From the IMG/VR virus record IMGVR_UViG_3300043021_000113: a DNA stretch of 64,000 nt, one strand, 5' to 3'. A model generated the notes under the pieces. That model saw only the letters and a program-made list of their open reading frames with translations, ran no database searches and was not told the DNA's origin. Source of the stretch: a virus. Taxonomy: Duplodnaviria > Caudoviricetes. This document shows, in pieces, positions 53,219 through 62,326 of the stretch; position 1 is the first letter of the stretch; every line of letters starts with the position of its first letter. The position numbers and the translations under genes were made by a program.

Positions 53219-53722
53219 TTAATCCAATAAAGCTAAAATTTTACGCGCACGTTCTAATATTGGCGTATCTTTTAGTTTTATAATATCTAAAGCTGTTCTA
53301 GAAGTACTTTCTTCTTCCGTTTGCTCTTTATAAAGCTTTTCATCAAGCCAAATTCTAGTGAACCCGTCACCTTCTAAAACTGCTTGGTCATAAATTCTTT
53401 TAATAGATGCTGTGGTTTTAATTTCAACATCTACTGTATCTTCAAAAATTTTTATTGTTTCCGAAACACTTTGTTTGATTTTTTCAATTGGTGGAATATC
53501 TATGAAAGCGTCTTGATATCCCATATAAGAAAAAACCCATCCAAAGTGTTCTAATTCTTCAGCAGCTCTTTTTCTGTAATATTCTTTTAAATCATCGATT
53601 CCTTCGACTTCAAAGAAATTTTCCATTGTCTTATACAAATTGTGGTTGTATAATTCATCTTTTAGCTGTTGATTTAATAATTCTTGCATTTTGTCGCTTA
53701 AACGGCATTCTCTAACATTCAT
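53219..53722 (-). CDS. ftn: Ferritin-like protein
   Basis: LNQQLKDELYNHNLY, EELEH, E..TT.SI and EQTEEE ferroxidase residues. Confidence 0.85.
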   Translation of the reverse strand: MNVRECRLSDKMQELLNQQLKDELYNHNLYKTMENFFEVEGIDDLKEYYRKRAAEELEHFGWVFSYMGYQDAFIDIPPIEKIKQSVSETIKIFEDTVDVEIKTTASIKRIYDQAVLEGDGFTRIWLDEKLYKEQTEEESTSRTALDIIKLKDTPILERARKILALLD

Positions 53723-54009
53723 TCTTTAAGAAAATATTTGTTTTTAATAATGTACCATTCAGGAGCGGCTATTAAATCGATATATTTTAAATATCGTTTT
53801 TCACCTTTCTTTATTTGTTCAAACTTTGTTTTAAATTTAAATTCTTTGCTTACTGTTTCTTTATTTTCAATCATCATGCAAAGTCCTTGTTCTATTTCAT
53901 AAACAGTCATTTTGTAAATAAAATCTTTTGACTCAGAAATTGCATGATTATTGTTATTTATATAAAAATTCTTAGGTTCAATTACTTTCTTTGCCATATA
54001 ATAAGTCAT
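53719..54009 (-). CDS. Hypothetical protein
   Basis: ORF track. Confidence 0.6.
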   Translation of the reverse strand: MTYYMAKKVIEPKNFYINNNNHAISESKDFIYKMTVYEIEQGLCMMIENKETVSKEFKFKTKFEQIKKGEKRYLKYIDLIAAPEWYIIKNKYFLKE

Positions 54010-54256
54010 TAAGCCAAGCTACGGGATTTTCAGATATATTATAATAATTGTCATAATCACTCCATACATTAACAACGTTTAAACGCTTACTAATATAAAC
54101 AGAAACAAGGTTGTTGTTTTTATTATAAAAAGATAAATAAGCTTTTTCTTCTTTATTATTTTTGTACCAACAACCCGGTTTGTGAAATTCGTAACCATTA
54201 TAATTTTTTTTATCCTCAAAATTGGCCATGAAAAATTCATACCAAAATTTAATCAT
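53978..54256 (-). CDS. Array member (divergent)
   Basis: KFWYEFF motif shared with the adjacent gene. Confidence 0.65.
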   Translation of the reverse strand: MIKFWYEFFMANFEDKKNYNGYEFHKPGCWYKNNKEEKAYLSFYNKNNNLVSVYISKRLNVVNVWSDYDNYYNISENPVAWLNDLLYGKESN

Positions 54257-54524
54257 AGTCTAACAAGTCAAGAAGAAAGTTTACTGAATCTCCGTCATAA
54301 TCTGATATTATTTCATTATTTAAAACTTCAATTGTAGTATTTCCTAAATTTAAATCAAGACTAGAAATTACAATAAATTTTCCTTTTCTAAATTTAAAAT
54401 CTACGTATTCTTCATTTTCCGTATGACTTATAAATTCATATCCTTTGTAGCTTTTACCAACTTTAAATTGTGCTATGAAAAACTCAGCCCAAAATTTAAA
54501 CATTGGATCATTTATCTTGTCCAT
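54249..54524 (-). CDS. Array member (divergent)
   Basis: KFWAEFF...LLDY. Confidence 0.65.
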   Translation of the reverse strand: MDKINDPMFKFWAEFFIAQFKVGKSYKGYEFISHTENEEYVDFKFRKGKFIVISSLDLNLGNTTIEVLNNEIISDYDGDSVNFLLDLLDYD

Positions 54525-54786
54525 TATTAATTCCTAATAAATTAAAAATATACTCTAACGCTGCATCATCACAGACTGTAACTTTTGAACCTTCAATTAC
54601 TGAAGCATGCAATTTGTCATCTTTACGTTTAATTTCTAAACGTGAAGTTGGACCCATAAATTGTATTTTTTCGTCTATATCTAAACAGACATAATTTCCA
54701 TAAACTTCGCCAATTTCAAATTGCTTTTTGACTAACTCCCAATAGAAATCTTTGTTTTTCTCCCAATCAGTGAAAATTTCTGTCAT
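54508..54786 (-). CDS. Array member
   Basis: KNKDFYWEL...IFNLLG. Confidence 0.65.
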   Translation of the reverse strand: MTEIFTDWEKNKDFYWELVKKQFEIGEVYGNYVCLDIDEKIQFMGPTSRLEIKRKDDKLHASVIEGSKVTVCDDAALEYIFNLLGINNGQDK

Positions 54787-55340
54787 ATTTCAAATTTTAA
54801 TCTATTACAAAATTTCAAAAATATTTTGTAACTATCGTTATAATTTAAACTTGAATTATCAGCATAAGAAATCATCCTTGCTTCTTCTAACCATTTATTA
54901 TCCTTTGTTATCATAAGCGCATATGGCTTATAAGGGAATAAATAATATCTAAAAAGAATTGATGATTTCCAGTATTTAGCACCAGCTTTTCTTGCTTCTT
55001 CCAATAAAAGTAAGTTATAAAACGCACTATTGTTTAAATATTCTTTTTCAGAAATCATAGAATATAAATTATAATTTACAACTTTACAAAATCTAACAAA
55101 TCTTCTATAATAATAAGATTCTTCTTCTTTTTTAAAATAATAACTAGGAGTAAAAATTCTTGATTCTGAAATTACTTTTTCATCTTCTTTTATTATAAAA
55201 GCATAATGAGCTAATGGTAAAGAATAAAAAACGCAATCTTTGGATTTTTTCCAACGTTTACCTCCAATTGATATTATATATTGAAGTAAAAGTTTATTAT
55301 AAAATTTTTTATTTTTTAAATATTTAGTTTTTGAAATCAT
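54783..55340 (-). CDS. Array member, two-unit fusion
   Basis: MISKTKYLKNKKFYNKLLL and internal MISEKEYLNNSAFYNLLLL. Confidence 0.7.
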   Translation of the reverse strand: MISKTKYLKNKKFYNKLLLQYIISIGGKRWKKSKDCVFYSLPLAHYAFIIKEDEKVISESRIFTPSYYFKKEEESYYYRRFVRFCKVVNYNLYSMISEKEYLNNSAFYNLLLLEEARKAGAKYWKSSILFRYYLFPYKPYALMITKDNKWLEEARMISYADNSSLNYNDSYKIFLKFCNRLKFEI

Positions 55341-55581
55341 AATTTAAAATTTCCATTATCTCTTTAAACGCTGAATAATTATGTAACCAATCTTTAGGTA
55401 AATAAACATCTAAATTATCATCCCAAACATGAATTTCAAATTCAATATTTTTTATTTTTCCAAAAAATACTAAAAAATAATCATTATTAGTTACATTTTT
55501 AAATCCTCGTTCAATTAATAAACTACAAATTAAAATATTAAAAAACTTTTGATTTTTTAAATATTCATTTTCAGTTATCAT
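55324..55581 (-). CDS. Array member
   Basis: MITENEYLKNQKFF...ILNYD. Confidence 0.7.
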   Translation of the reverse strand: MITENEYLKNQKFFNILICSLLIERGFKNVTNNDYFLVFFGKIKNIEFEIHVWDDNLDVYLPKDWLHNYSAFKEIMEILNYDFKN

Positions 55582-55633
55582 AATTTAGTAATTTAAACAA
55601 TAATTCAATTGTTTAATAATCACTTTTAAAAAT

Positions 55634-55906
55634 TTAATGTTTATTATATCCTAAAAAGCTAGCTAAATATTTAACAGCTGACCAATTATAAAACGCGTCT
55701 TGTTCTTTTGGCCAATTTCTCCAAAGAATAGCTGTTTTATCATTAATGAATAATTCATGTTTCACATTGTCTAAATATCCAGAAAAAGTCAATTTGTCTC
55801 TTTCTATAAGATCCAATGTAAAATTAAGTCTTGTTATTATATATTCAACAAATAATGGAGCAATATCTAAACTTGGAAAAAATTTGTTTTTATGTTTTTT
55901 TGACAT
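55634..55906 (-). CDS. Array member
   Basis: ...AVKYLASFLGY. Confidence 0.65.
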   Translation of the reverse strand: MSKKHKNKFFPSLDIAPLFVEYIITRLNFTLDLIERDKLTFSGYLDNVKHELFINDKTAILWRNWPKEQDAFYNWSAVKYLASFLGYNKH

Positions 55907-56144
55907 ATCCTAAATTTTTAGTCATAAAATTTAATGCTTCTTCATTGCTAAAGTCATAATAAAACCAATCTTTACTATCAATTGATAATATCGCATAATG
56001 GTTGCTAACTTCTAAAATATAAGATTTATTGTTTATTTTGCCTTTTAATTTTTTATAAGTGCAAAGTGGACTAGTGTTTTTTTCTTCTATAAAGCCAAAT
56101 CTATTGGCTAAATATAAGAAAAAATCCTTATTATGAACGTACAT
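55890..56144 (-). CDS. Array member
   Basis: NKDFF...NLGYV. Confidence 0.65.
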   Translation of the reverse strand: MYVHNKDFFLYLANRFGFIEEKNTSPLCTYKKLKGKINNKSYILEVSNHYAILSIDSKDWFYYDFSNEEALNFMTKNLGYVKKT

Positions 56145-56439
56145 AATGCATTTTTCGGGTTAAATAATTAATCGCTGCTTCGTCATGATAAATTATGCCA
56201 GCTTCTCTTAATTCAAAATAAGCTCTGTCAATATAGGCAAACATTATTTCATTATTTTTTGTTTTTAAATAAAAATTCTTGTGTTGTTTATTTAAAGAAA
56301 CTTCTGTTTCTAAATAAAAATTTTCATGTTTATTTAAAGAAACTTTTTTTTCTTTAATAACATTTATTTTATTACATAAATAACAAAATAATTCCCTATA
56401 AAAACTCCTTTGTTTTATAAAATCAAGTCTTCCTAACAT
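56131..56439 (-). CDS. Array member with internal tandem duplication
   Basis: VSLNK..NFYL occurs twice. Confidence 0.65.
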   Translation of the reverse strand: MLGRLDFIKQRSFYRELFCYLCNKINVIKEKKVSLNKHENFYLETEVSLNKQHKNFYLKTKNNEIMFAYIDRAYFELREAGIIYHDEAAINYLTRKMHYVRS

Positions 56440-56689
56440 AACCTAAAAGTCCGCAAAGTTCTTTTATTACTTCACCATTGATTAATGCGGTAGATTCCCA
56501 GCCATCAACAATTAAAAATAATTTTGAATCAACAATTCTTAATTCATAAACTCTTTCATCAAAAACTGCATAATATGTTTTTATACCATTATAAGACCTC
56601 GCATTAGTAAAATTTAATTTCTTAATAGCCCAATAAACAAAACTTAAAAATAATTCAGAATTTTTGACATACTTTTCAAAACTTATCAT
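56423..56689 (-). CDS. Array member
   Basis: MISFEKYVKN...LLGYV. Confidence 0.7.
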   Translation of the reverse strand: MISFEKYVKNSELFLSFVYWAIKKLNFTNARSYNGIKTYYAVFDERVYELRIVDSKLFLIVDGWESTALINGEVIKELCGLLGYVRKT

Positions 56690-56930
56690 ATCCTAATAAA
56701 TTAGAAAGTTTTTTTATAACTTGAGTGTTTATTAATAATCTATTATCAATTTTTAAATATATTTCTAAAGAATTTTCACTATAAAAAAACCTGTAATATG
56801 TACCATTAATTATTGTTGAATATCCTTTAAAATTATTTGGATCTTTAAGTTTAAACTTAAATCCAAGTCTTTTAATCATATATAAAGATAATTGATAGTA
56901 AAAATTCTTATTATCGGAATAAAAAAACAT
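56676..56930 (-). CDS. Array member
   Basis: NKNFYYQL...LLGYD. Confidence 0.7.
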   Translation of the reverse strand: MFFYSDNKNFYYQLSLYMIKRLGFKFKLKDPNNFKGYSTIINGTYYRFFYSENSLEIYLKIDNRLLINTQVIKKLSNLLGYDKF

Positions 56931-57164
56931 TTATCTTGTATAATTAAAAATTTTTAATAAATTAAAAATTGCTTGCTCTCCTGAAAAACAATCTCCATTA
57001 AGAACATAAGATATTTGTTTATCTTTAGAAATATAAATTGAAATGTAATTATTATTTAATTTTCCAAAATACGATTCACTTTCATATATCCATTTTTCAT
57101 AATCTAAATTGAATTTTTTTATTATATAATGGATTAATAAATAATAAAAATCATTTTTGTTCAT
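56931..57164 (-). CDS. Array member
   Basis: NDFYYLL...IFNY. Confidence 0.65.
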   Translation of the reverse strand: MNKNDFYYLLIHYIIKKFNLDYEKWIYESESYFGKLNNNYISIYISKDKQISYVLNGDCFSGEQAIFNLLKIFNYTR

Positions 57165-57447
57165 AATATCCCAAAAGATAAAAAATCTTATTTATTGCAT
57201 CAACATTGAACAAATATTGCACAGAACCATTTTTTCTTTCTTCTCCAAGCCAAATTGAATTATTTTTATATTTTGATTTATGATCATTAAGTATAAATAC
57301 ATAATAAACATCACCAATTGTTCCATTATAAGATAAAAAATAATCATCAGCATTGCTAACTTTGAAATAATCAGAATTTTTGACCATTTCATGAGCCATG
57401 TTTAAATAAAAATCAATGTTCTTTTTGTAATCTTGTTCACTTATCAT
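57151..57447 (-). CDS. Array member
   Basis: MISEQDYKKNIDFY...LLGYY; start placed at the family-consensus Met. Confidence 0.65.
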   Translation of the reverse strand: MISEQDYKKNIDFYLNMAHEMVKNSDYFKVSNADDYFLSYNGTIGDVYYVFILNDHKSKYKNNSIWLGEERKNGSVQYLFNVDAINKIFYLLGYYEQK

Positions 57448-57709
57448 TATATCCAAATATTTTTGCAATTTCTAAAAATGCTTGATAATTTTTATAAATT
57501 ATCTCTTCTCCAGGAATATTTAATTTTCTATATCTAAGATAAAAGCCATCATGATCAATTACTATTGAGCTACAAACTCTGCAGTTGCTAAAATGCCAAA
57601 CATAATATAAATCGTTTTCGTCTAATTCATAATTATTAGCATATAACCAACTAAAAACTAATTTATTATAAAAACAAATATTTTCGTAATATTCTTTTTT
57701 GCTTATCAT
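57437..57709 (-). CDS. Array member
   Basis: MISKKEYYENICFY...IFGYND. Confidence 0.7.
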   Translation of the reverse strand: MISKKEYYENICFYNKLVFSWLYANNYELDENDLYYVWHFSNCRVCSSIVIDHDGFYLRYRKLNIPGEEIIYKNYQAFLEIAKIFGYNDK

Positions 57710-57724
57710 ATATTGTTAAAATCC

Positions 57725-58006
57725 CTAAATTATATCTTTAGAAATCCACCTATGGTTATTGTATCCTGCAATATCTGCTAAATAAAAAACAACTTCTTTT
57801 TCTCCATAAAAAATTTCATGGTGATTTTCAAATAAACACCACAAACCACAAGCAATCTTTTTTATTTGATAATTGTTGTTATTAATTCTTTTTTTAAAAA
57901 TTAAATCCCAACTTGTATCATCTTTTTTAAAGCCTGCTTTTTCCGCTAAAACTGGAATTAAACTTCTATAAAAAGCTAATTGTTTTTTATGTTTTTTTAT
58001 AATCAT
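57725..58006 (-). CDS. Array member
   Basis: FYRSL...IAGYN. Confidence 0.65.
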   Translation of the reverse strand: MIIKKHKKQLAFYRSLIPVLAEKAGFKKDDTSWDLIFKKRINNNNYQIKKIACGLWCLFENHHEIFYGEKEVVFYLADIAGYNNHRWISKDII

Positions 58007-58271
58007 AATCGATTTCCTCTAATAAAATATAAATTATTTGTTCATTAATGGCTGCTAGTTCGTGGTCAGATCTCCACATATAACAGATTTTTCCTACTTC
58101 ATGAAAATTAATGTATACTTTATCGGGATATACATTAATTTTTCCCCTAAAACAAATTGTCCCAAGATCATTTCTTGTACATTCAAAATTTAATCTATTA
58201 CATAAATAAATTCCTAAATCACAATAAAAATCTTTATTTTTTGAAAAATCTTTAATCTCTAGCATATCCAA
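57987..58271 (-). CDS. Array member
   Basis: KNKDFYCDL...AINEQ...IDYD. Confidence 0.65.
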   Translation of the reverse strand: MDMLEIKDFSKNKDFYCDLGIYLCNRLNFECTRNDLGTICFRGKINVYPDKVYINFHEVGKICYMWRSDHELAAINEQIIYILLEEIDYDYKKT

Positions 58272-58521
58272 TAAACCTTGTTAAAACATCCAAGACATCT
58301 TCATTTATAGCTACACAATAATTATCTTCTGCTTCATAAACTTTGACATCTCCTGTTTCATATTCAATTATAATTTCGTATACTGTATCATAATTGTTAT
58401 CTACAAAAACGATTTCTTGTTTTACATTATATTTAATAACATAGTTTACTTTTTTACAAATATAAATTGCTAATTGAGAATAAAACGATTTATTTTTGTT
58501 AAAATCATTCTCTGTTATCAT
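58252..58521 (-). CDS. Array member
   Basis: MITENDFNKNKSFYSQL...IGYA. Confidence 0.7.
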   Translation of the reverse strand: MITENDFNKNKSFYSQLAIYICKKVNYVIKYNVKQEIVFVDNNYDTVYEIIIEYETGDVKVYEAEDNYCVAINEDVLDVLTRFIGYARD

Positions 58522-58756
58522 AATTTAAAAACTCAAGAATATTTTTGAAAGCATCATATAAAAAAAACTTTTCTTCGTTTTTTTGAAAATACAAAAATAA
58601 TCCGTCTCCGTGACATTCAACAATTGTGTTTTTGTCTATTTCACAATAAAAATCTCTTTCTTCTTCTGTAACTTTATAATTTCTTTCTTCTAATAAACTT
58701 TTAATCAGCGTTTGGTACATGTCCAAATTAGCTGTATATTCCTTTTCTGTTATCAT
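58505..58756 (-). CDS. Array member
   Basis: MITEKEY...FLNYD. Confidence 0.7.
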   Translation of the reverse strand: MITEKEYTANLDMYQTLIKSLLEERNYKVTEEERDFYCEIDKNTIVECHGDGLFLYFQKNEEKFFLYDAFKNILEFLNYDNRE

Positions 58757-59025
58757 ATTTCAATTTTTAATAATTTACAAAATTTCAAAAATACGTCATA
58801 ATCACTTAACCATTCTTCTTCTGGATCATAATTACAACGCATAGTCATTATTTCAATACTTTTTAAGTCATTATAAACAACTAAACCATAAGGCTTATAA
58901 GAAAATAAATAATATTTAGCATATTTTGTATTTTTCCAATATTTAGCGCCTTTCTCTTTTGCTTGTTCTAATAACCAAACATTAAAAAATACTTTATTAG
59001 AATAATATTCTTTACTTGTTATCAT
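58753..59025 (-). CDS. Array member
   Basis: MITSKEYYSN...GAKYWK...FLKFC. Confidence 0.7.
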   Translation of the reverse strand: MITSKEYYSNKVFFNVWLLEQAKEKGAKYWKNTKYAKYYLFSYKPYGLVVYNDLKSIEIMTMRCNYDPEEEWLSDYDVFLKFCKLLKIEI

Positions 59026-59270
59026 AATTTTTTATAACCTATAAAACCAGCAAGAAAAATACATTCTATTTTTAGCTCTTTAAAGCTTAAATATCTTATG
59101 TATAAATTGCACCAATCATCAGTATAAGGAAAATATAAATAATTAAAAACGTATTTATCAAAAATTATTTTATATTTTATGCAGTAATCGTCACGTTCTA
59201 TTTTAGGGTTAAAATATTTTTCTAAAATATATTTAAAAAGTTTTGAATAAAATTTCCAATTATTATCCAT
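59022..59270 (-). CDS. Array member
   Basis: FYSKLFKYILEKY...IGY. Confidence 0.65.
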   Translation of the reverse strand: MDNNWKFYSKLFKYILEKYFNPKIERDDYCIKYKIIFDKYVFNYLYFPYTDDWCNLYIRYLSFKELKIECIFLAGFIGYKKL

Positions 59271-59559
59271 AACCTATTTTTTTAGAAAATATAAAACATA
59301 AGTCTTTTATTGCAACCCAATTTAAATAACTTTTCCATTCTCCGTTATAATACCAATCACCAGTTAAGTTTTCAATACCGAAAGAATTTGTACCAGAAAT
59401 TACAGAATCAGGTTTAATTGTATATATAGTGAGAACTGCACAACCTTTATATACTAAAATTTCTTTTTGTTTAACTTCTGGGTTGTAATATTTTTCTAAA
59501 ATATATTTAAAAAGACTTGAAAAAAAGGTATAATTATTTAAAAGATTAAAATTATTCAT
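59263..59559 (-). CDS. Array member
   Basis: FFSSLFKYILEKY...IGY. Confidence 0.65.
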   Translation of the reverse strand: MNNFNLLNNYTFFSSLFKYILEKYYNPEVKQKEILVYKGCAVLTIYTIKPDSVISGTNSFGIENLTGDWYYNGEWKSYLNWVAIKDLCFIFSKKIGYG

Positions 59560-59569
59560 AATTAAAATC

Positions 59570-60046
59570 TTATATTAAAGTTTTACTTTCGCTTGCAAAA
59601 TACTTTGCTTTGTATTTATCCAAAATTTCTTTTGCTTTTTTACTGTCTTTTTGTGTGTTACAATAACAATTAAACATTGTGTAATTATTATTAACGTATG
59701 TGTAGTTATAAGGTATTTTTGCTTCTTCAAGATCTTTTGACATGTTATCTGTATTTAAACTTTTACAAGTTGCTTGAACAAGCCATAATTTGTCTTTTTG
59801 TTTTTTTTCTTCAAATAATTTTACAAAATAAACTCCAACAAGGTTTGATAAGCCAATAATTAAAGCTTTTTTCCAATTGTCCAAACTCTCGTCGCACATG
59901 TAAATTACTATGTAAGTATAAAAACCATAAGCTAAAGCATTTGCAATTGAAGCTGTAATTTTTCCACCTTTAATTGTTGCAATTGATTTTATGGTTTGAA
60001 TTATTACATTAATAACATTTAATATTATAAATCCAGTTAAATTCAT
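59570..60046 (-). CDS. Membrane protein (three TM helices plus soluble C-terminal domain; DUF2179/DUF5698-like)
   Basis: Hydrophobic N-terminal helices; NVIIQTIKSI and N.VGVY patterns. Confidence 0.6.
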   Translation of the reverse strand: MNLTGFIILNVINVIIQTIKSIATIKGGKITASIANALAYGFYTYIVIYMCDESLDNWKKALIIGLSNLVGVYFVKLFEEKKQKDKLWLVQATCKSLNTDNMSKDLEEAKIPYNYTYVNNNYTMFNCYCNTQKDSKKAKEILDKYKAKYFASESKTLI

Positions 60047-60216
60047 AAGTCTAAGTAATTATCAACAATTGTAAATTCTGGATTCACAACCTCAATTACA
60101 AAGCCATTATTTCCTGGATCTTCTATAACTTTAAAATCTGCTTCTTGTGTAATTTCTGTTAGTTCATTATTACAAGCTATCAAAAAAAACGGTGCAAGAA
60201 TTAAAAATCTTTTCAT
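60043..60216 (-). CDS. Small putative lipoprotein (57 aa)
   Basis: MKRFLILAPFFLIAC lipobox; ATGA overlap with the next gene. Confidence 0.6.
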   Translation of the reverse strand: MKRFLILAPFFLIACNNELTEITQEADFKVIEDPGNNGFVIEVVNPEFTIVDNYLDL

Positions 60217-60219
60217 TGT

Positions 60220-60582
60220 TTAATATCTATTTATAATTTCTTTTAATAATTGATTTTGTGTTTGATCATACATTGGGTTTGCATCCTCGATTAACTCCTT
60301 AATTTTAGTCAATTTTAAGCCTTTATAAAGCTTCGAATTTTTAATAAGCCACTTCTTCGGTAGTTGATCGTAAACTTCATAGCCGTCAAAATAAAGGCCT
60401 TTAATAACACATATTACATGGAAAACATCTTGAGGATCATTAGCGAATCCATAATAAACAAAATCTACATCATCATTGAATCTTTCTTTAATAAATAAAG
60501 CCAAAAAACCACAGCCTCCATTATATAAATTTTTAATGTTAGCTTTGATTTCTTGACTCATTTTCTTTAATTTTTCAATCAT
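60220..60582 (-). CDS. Hypothetical protein, possible papain-like fold
   Basis: NGGCG.LA...HV...YFDG suggests a Cys-His-Asp pattern. Confidence 0.5.
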   Translation of the reverse strand: MIEKLKKMSQEIKANIKNLYNGGCGFLALFIKERFNDDVDFVYYGFANDPQDVFHVICVIKGLYFDGYEVYDQLPKKWLIKNSKLYKGLKLTKIKELIEDANPMYDQTQNQLLKEIINRY

Positions 60583-61034
60583 AAATAACCACCAGCCATA
60601 ACTGCGAAAATATCTGCTATTTCGTTTCCATATAAACCCTTATGGCCTTTTATATGTGTAAGGATTATTTGGTCTTTTACTTCTTCATAAAGAGGAATTA
60701 AAATATCCCAAAGATCATTATTAGCATTTCTTGACCAATTTTTAGTAAGAGTTCCTATGCAATACATGCTATCGCTAAAAACTTCGCAGTTAATCTTAAG
60801 TTTTTTTATGTATCTAAAGGCAGCAACCAACCCGAACATCTCTGCTCGTTGGTTGGTCGCATTTTCTAAAGGTTGAGCATAGAAAGCTTTTAACTTTCCA
60901 TCCTCTATCAATATAAAGCTATAGCCGCCTTTTTGTTTACTTTGACTGTAAGCTCCGTCAGTGTAAATTTCAACGCGTTTTAACACTGCCTGGTCTTGTG
61001 TGAGCTTTCTGATAATCTCCTGGTTGAGTATCAA
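60579..61034 (-). CDS. rnhA: Ribonuclease HI
   Basis: IYTDGA, TNQRAEM, SDSMY, N.DLW, HIKGH and GNEIAD motifs. Confidence 0.93.
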   Translation of the reverse strand: MILNQEIIRKLTQDQAVLKRVEIYTDGAYSQSKQKGGYSFILIEDGKLKAFYAQPLENATNQRAEMFGLVAAFRYIKKLKINCEVFSDSMYCIGTLTKNWSRNANNDLWDILIPLYEEVKDQIILTHIKGHKGLYGNEIADIFAVMAGGYL

Positions 61035-61103
61035 ACCAACGTTGTCTTCCTTCTAATTTTTTAACTTTCTTTGCGTACTTCATGATTTTTGATTTTTTAT
61101 AAA

Positions 61104-62321
61104 TTAAAGAATGATTCTCTTTATTACATCTTTATTTGTAATTAACTTTTTAACTCTTGCTGGATATTTAACAGTAAGTGTTTTTATCATATTAAATATT
61201 AAATCTTCACTTAAAAGTTTTTTACTCTTATTCTTGTCATCTATAATCTCAAGAATTCTTGTTACTATAGGATCACTCTTAGTTCCTTTTTGAGCAAATA
61301 AACTTTCAATATGATTTATAAATCTAATTGATAATATGCTTGCAATGTCTGCTCTGTAAATATCTTCAGTTCCTCGTTTTTCATAAACGCATTCTTCAAG
61401 CTTCTTAGAAGCCTTTTCCCATTCAAGATTTAATAATTCTTCAGGAGTAATTAACTTGTGAAGTTTATTATTAATAAATGTTGTAAACATATTGCCAACT
61501 GTGTTTTTGTCATCATCAAAACAACCATTAGCAATATTTAAAATTAACGCTAAAGATTCAGGAGTTGACCAATCTTTAATTCCAGAAATAGTATTAAAGA
61601 AAGTTGTCATAGATCTCGCGTTAATAGTTAAATTTTCTTTCTTTGTTATAAGCTCAGGTGCCCATAAAAGAAAATTTATTGCCTCATCTCTTAATCCGTA
61701 TTCACCAGCCCATTTTGACCATATTTTAACGTCAAATTCAACATCAAAAGTAATATATCTTGACTTCATCGCAGCATCAAGAGATACTCCCAACGTATAA
61801 TCTGCATTATCTGGATTTTCTGACAAGATAATTGTTGAACCTTTAGGTAGAGACCAAGAAGTAAACGCTTGAAGATTTATAATCTCCATTACGGCTTGCA
61901 TAAGCATTGGGCTGCAACGCGTAAAATCGTCCATTAGAAGGACGACAGGCTCGTTTGCTTGAGGAACCCATGAAGGGATAGAATAACCCATCCTATGGTT
62001 TCCTGTAACTGTAGCTCCAGCTTTGATATATTCTGGTAAAATATCTTTAGCTATCCACTCACAGTTGCCATTTATACACACTTCATATTCTTTTAAGGGA
62101 AATCCCAGAAGATCTCCTGTCTCCTCTAATTGACTTAGACGTAAAGTTTGAAATGGCATGTTTAATTCTTGCGCTAATTGCTCTATTGCAGACGTTTTCC
62201 CTAATCCCGCGTCACCACGCAATGATACAGCAACTGCTTTCTTATTTTGTGCTGCTAATTCTTTATTATTGTTGATTATATAAGTTAAAACTTCCTTGAT
62301 CTCTTGTATATTATATTTCAT
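61104..62321 (-). CDS. MoxR-like AAA+ ATPase
   Basis: GDAGLGKT, GDLLGFP, LLMDDFTR and LDAAMKSR motifs; adjacent to a vWA gene. Confidence 0.85.
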   Translation of the reverse strand: MKYNIQEIKEVLTYIINNNKELAAQNKKAVAVSLRGDAGLGKTSAIEQLAQELNMPFQTLRLSQLEETGDLLGFPLKEYEVCINGNCEWIAKDILPEYIKAGATVTGNHRMGYSIPSWVPQANEPVVLLMDDFTRCSPMLMQAVMEIINLQAFTSWSLPKGSTIILSENPDNADYTLGVSLDAAMKSRYITFDVEFDVKIWSKWAGEYGLRDEAINFLLWAPELITKKENLTINARSMTTFFNTISGIKDWSTPESLALILNIANGCFDDDKNTVGNMFTTFINNKLHKLITPEELLNLEWEKASKKLEECVYEKRGTEDIYRADIASILSIRFINHIESLFAQKGTKSDPIVTRILEIIDDKNKSKKLLSEDLIFNMIKTLTVKYPARVKKLITNKDVIKRIIL

Positions 62322-62326
62322 CTTTA

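Larger units (their letters stand above)
53978..59559 (-). repeat. Tandem array of about 20 short (77-105 aa) paralogous genes
   Basis: Shared N-terminal MI(S/T)...Y..N..FY..L and C-terminal A(I/F)..L...(L/I)(G/N)Y; mostly overlapping start/stop codons. Confidence 0.75.

Noticed and set aside
53978-59559. CRISPR array or DGR target repeats
   Set aside because: Similarity is mainly at protein level. There are no fixed-length identical DNA repeats and no reverse transcriptase or template repeat was seen.
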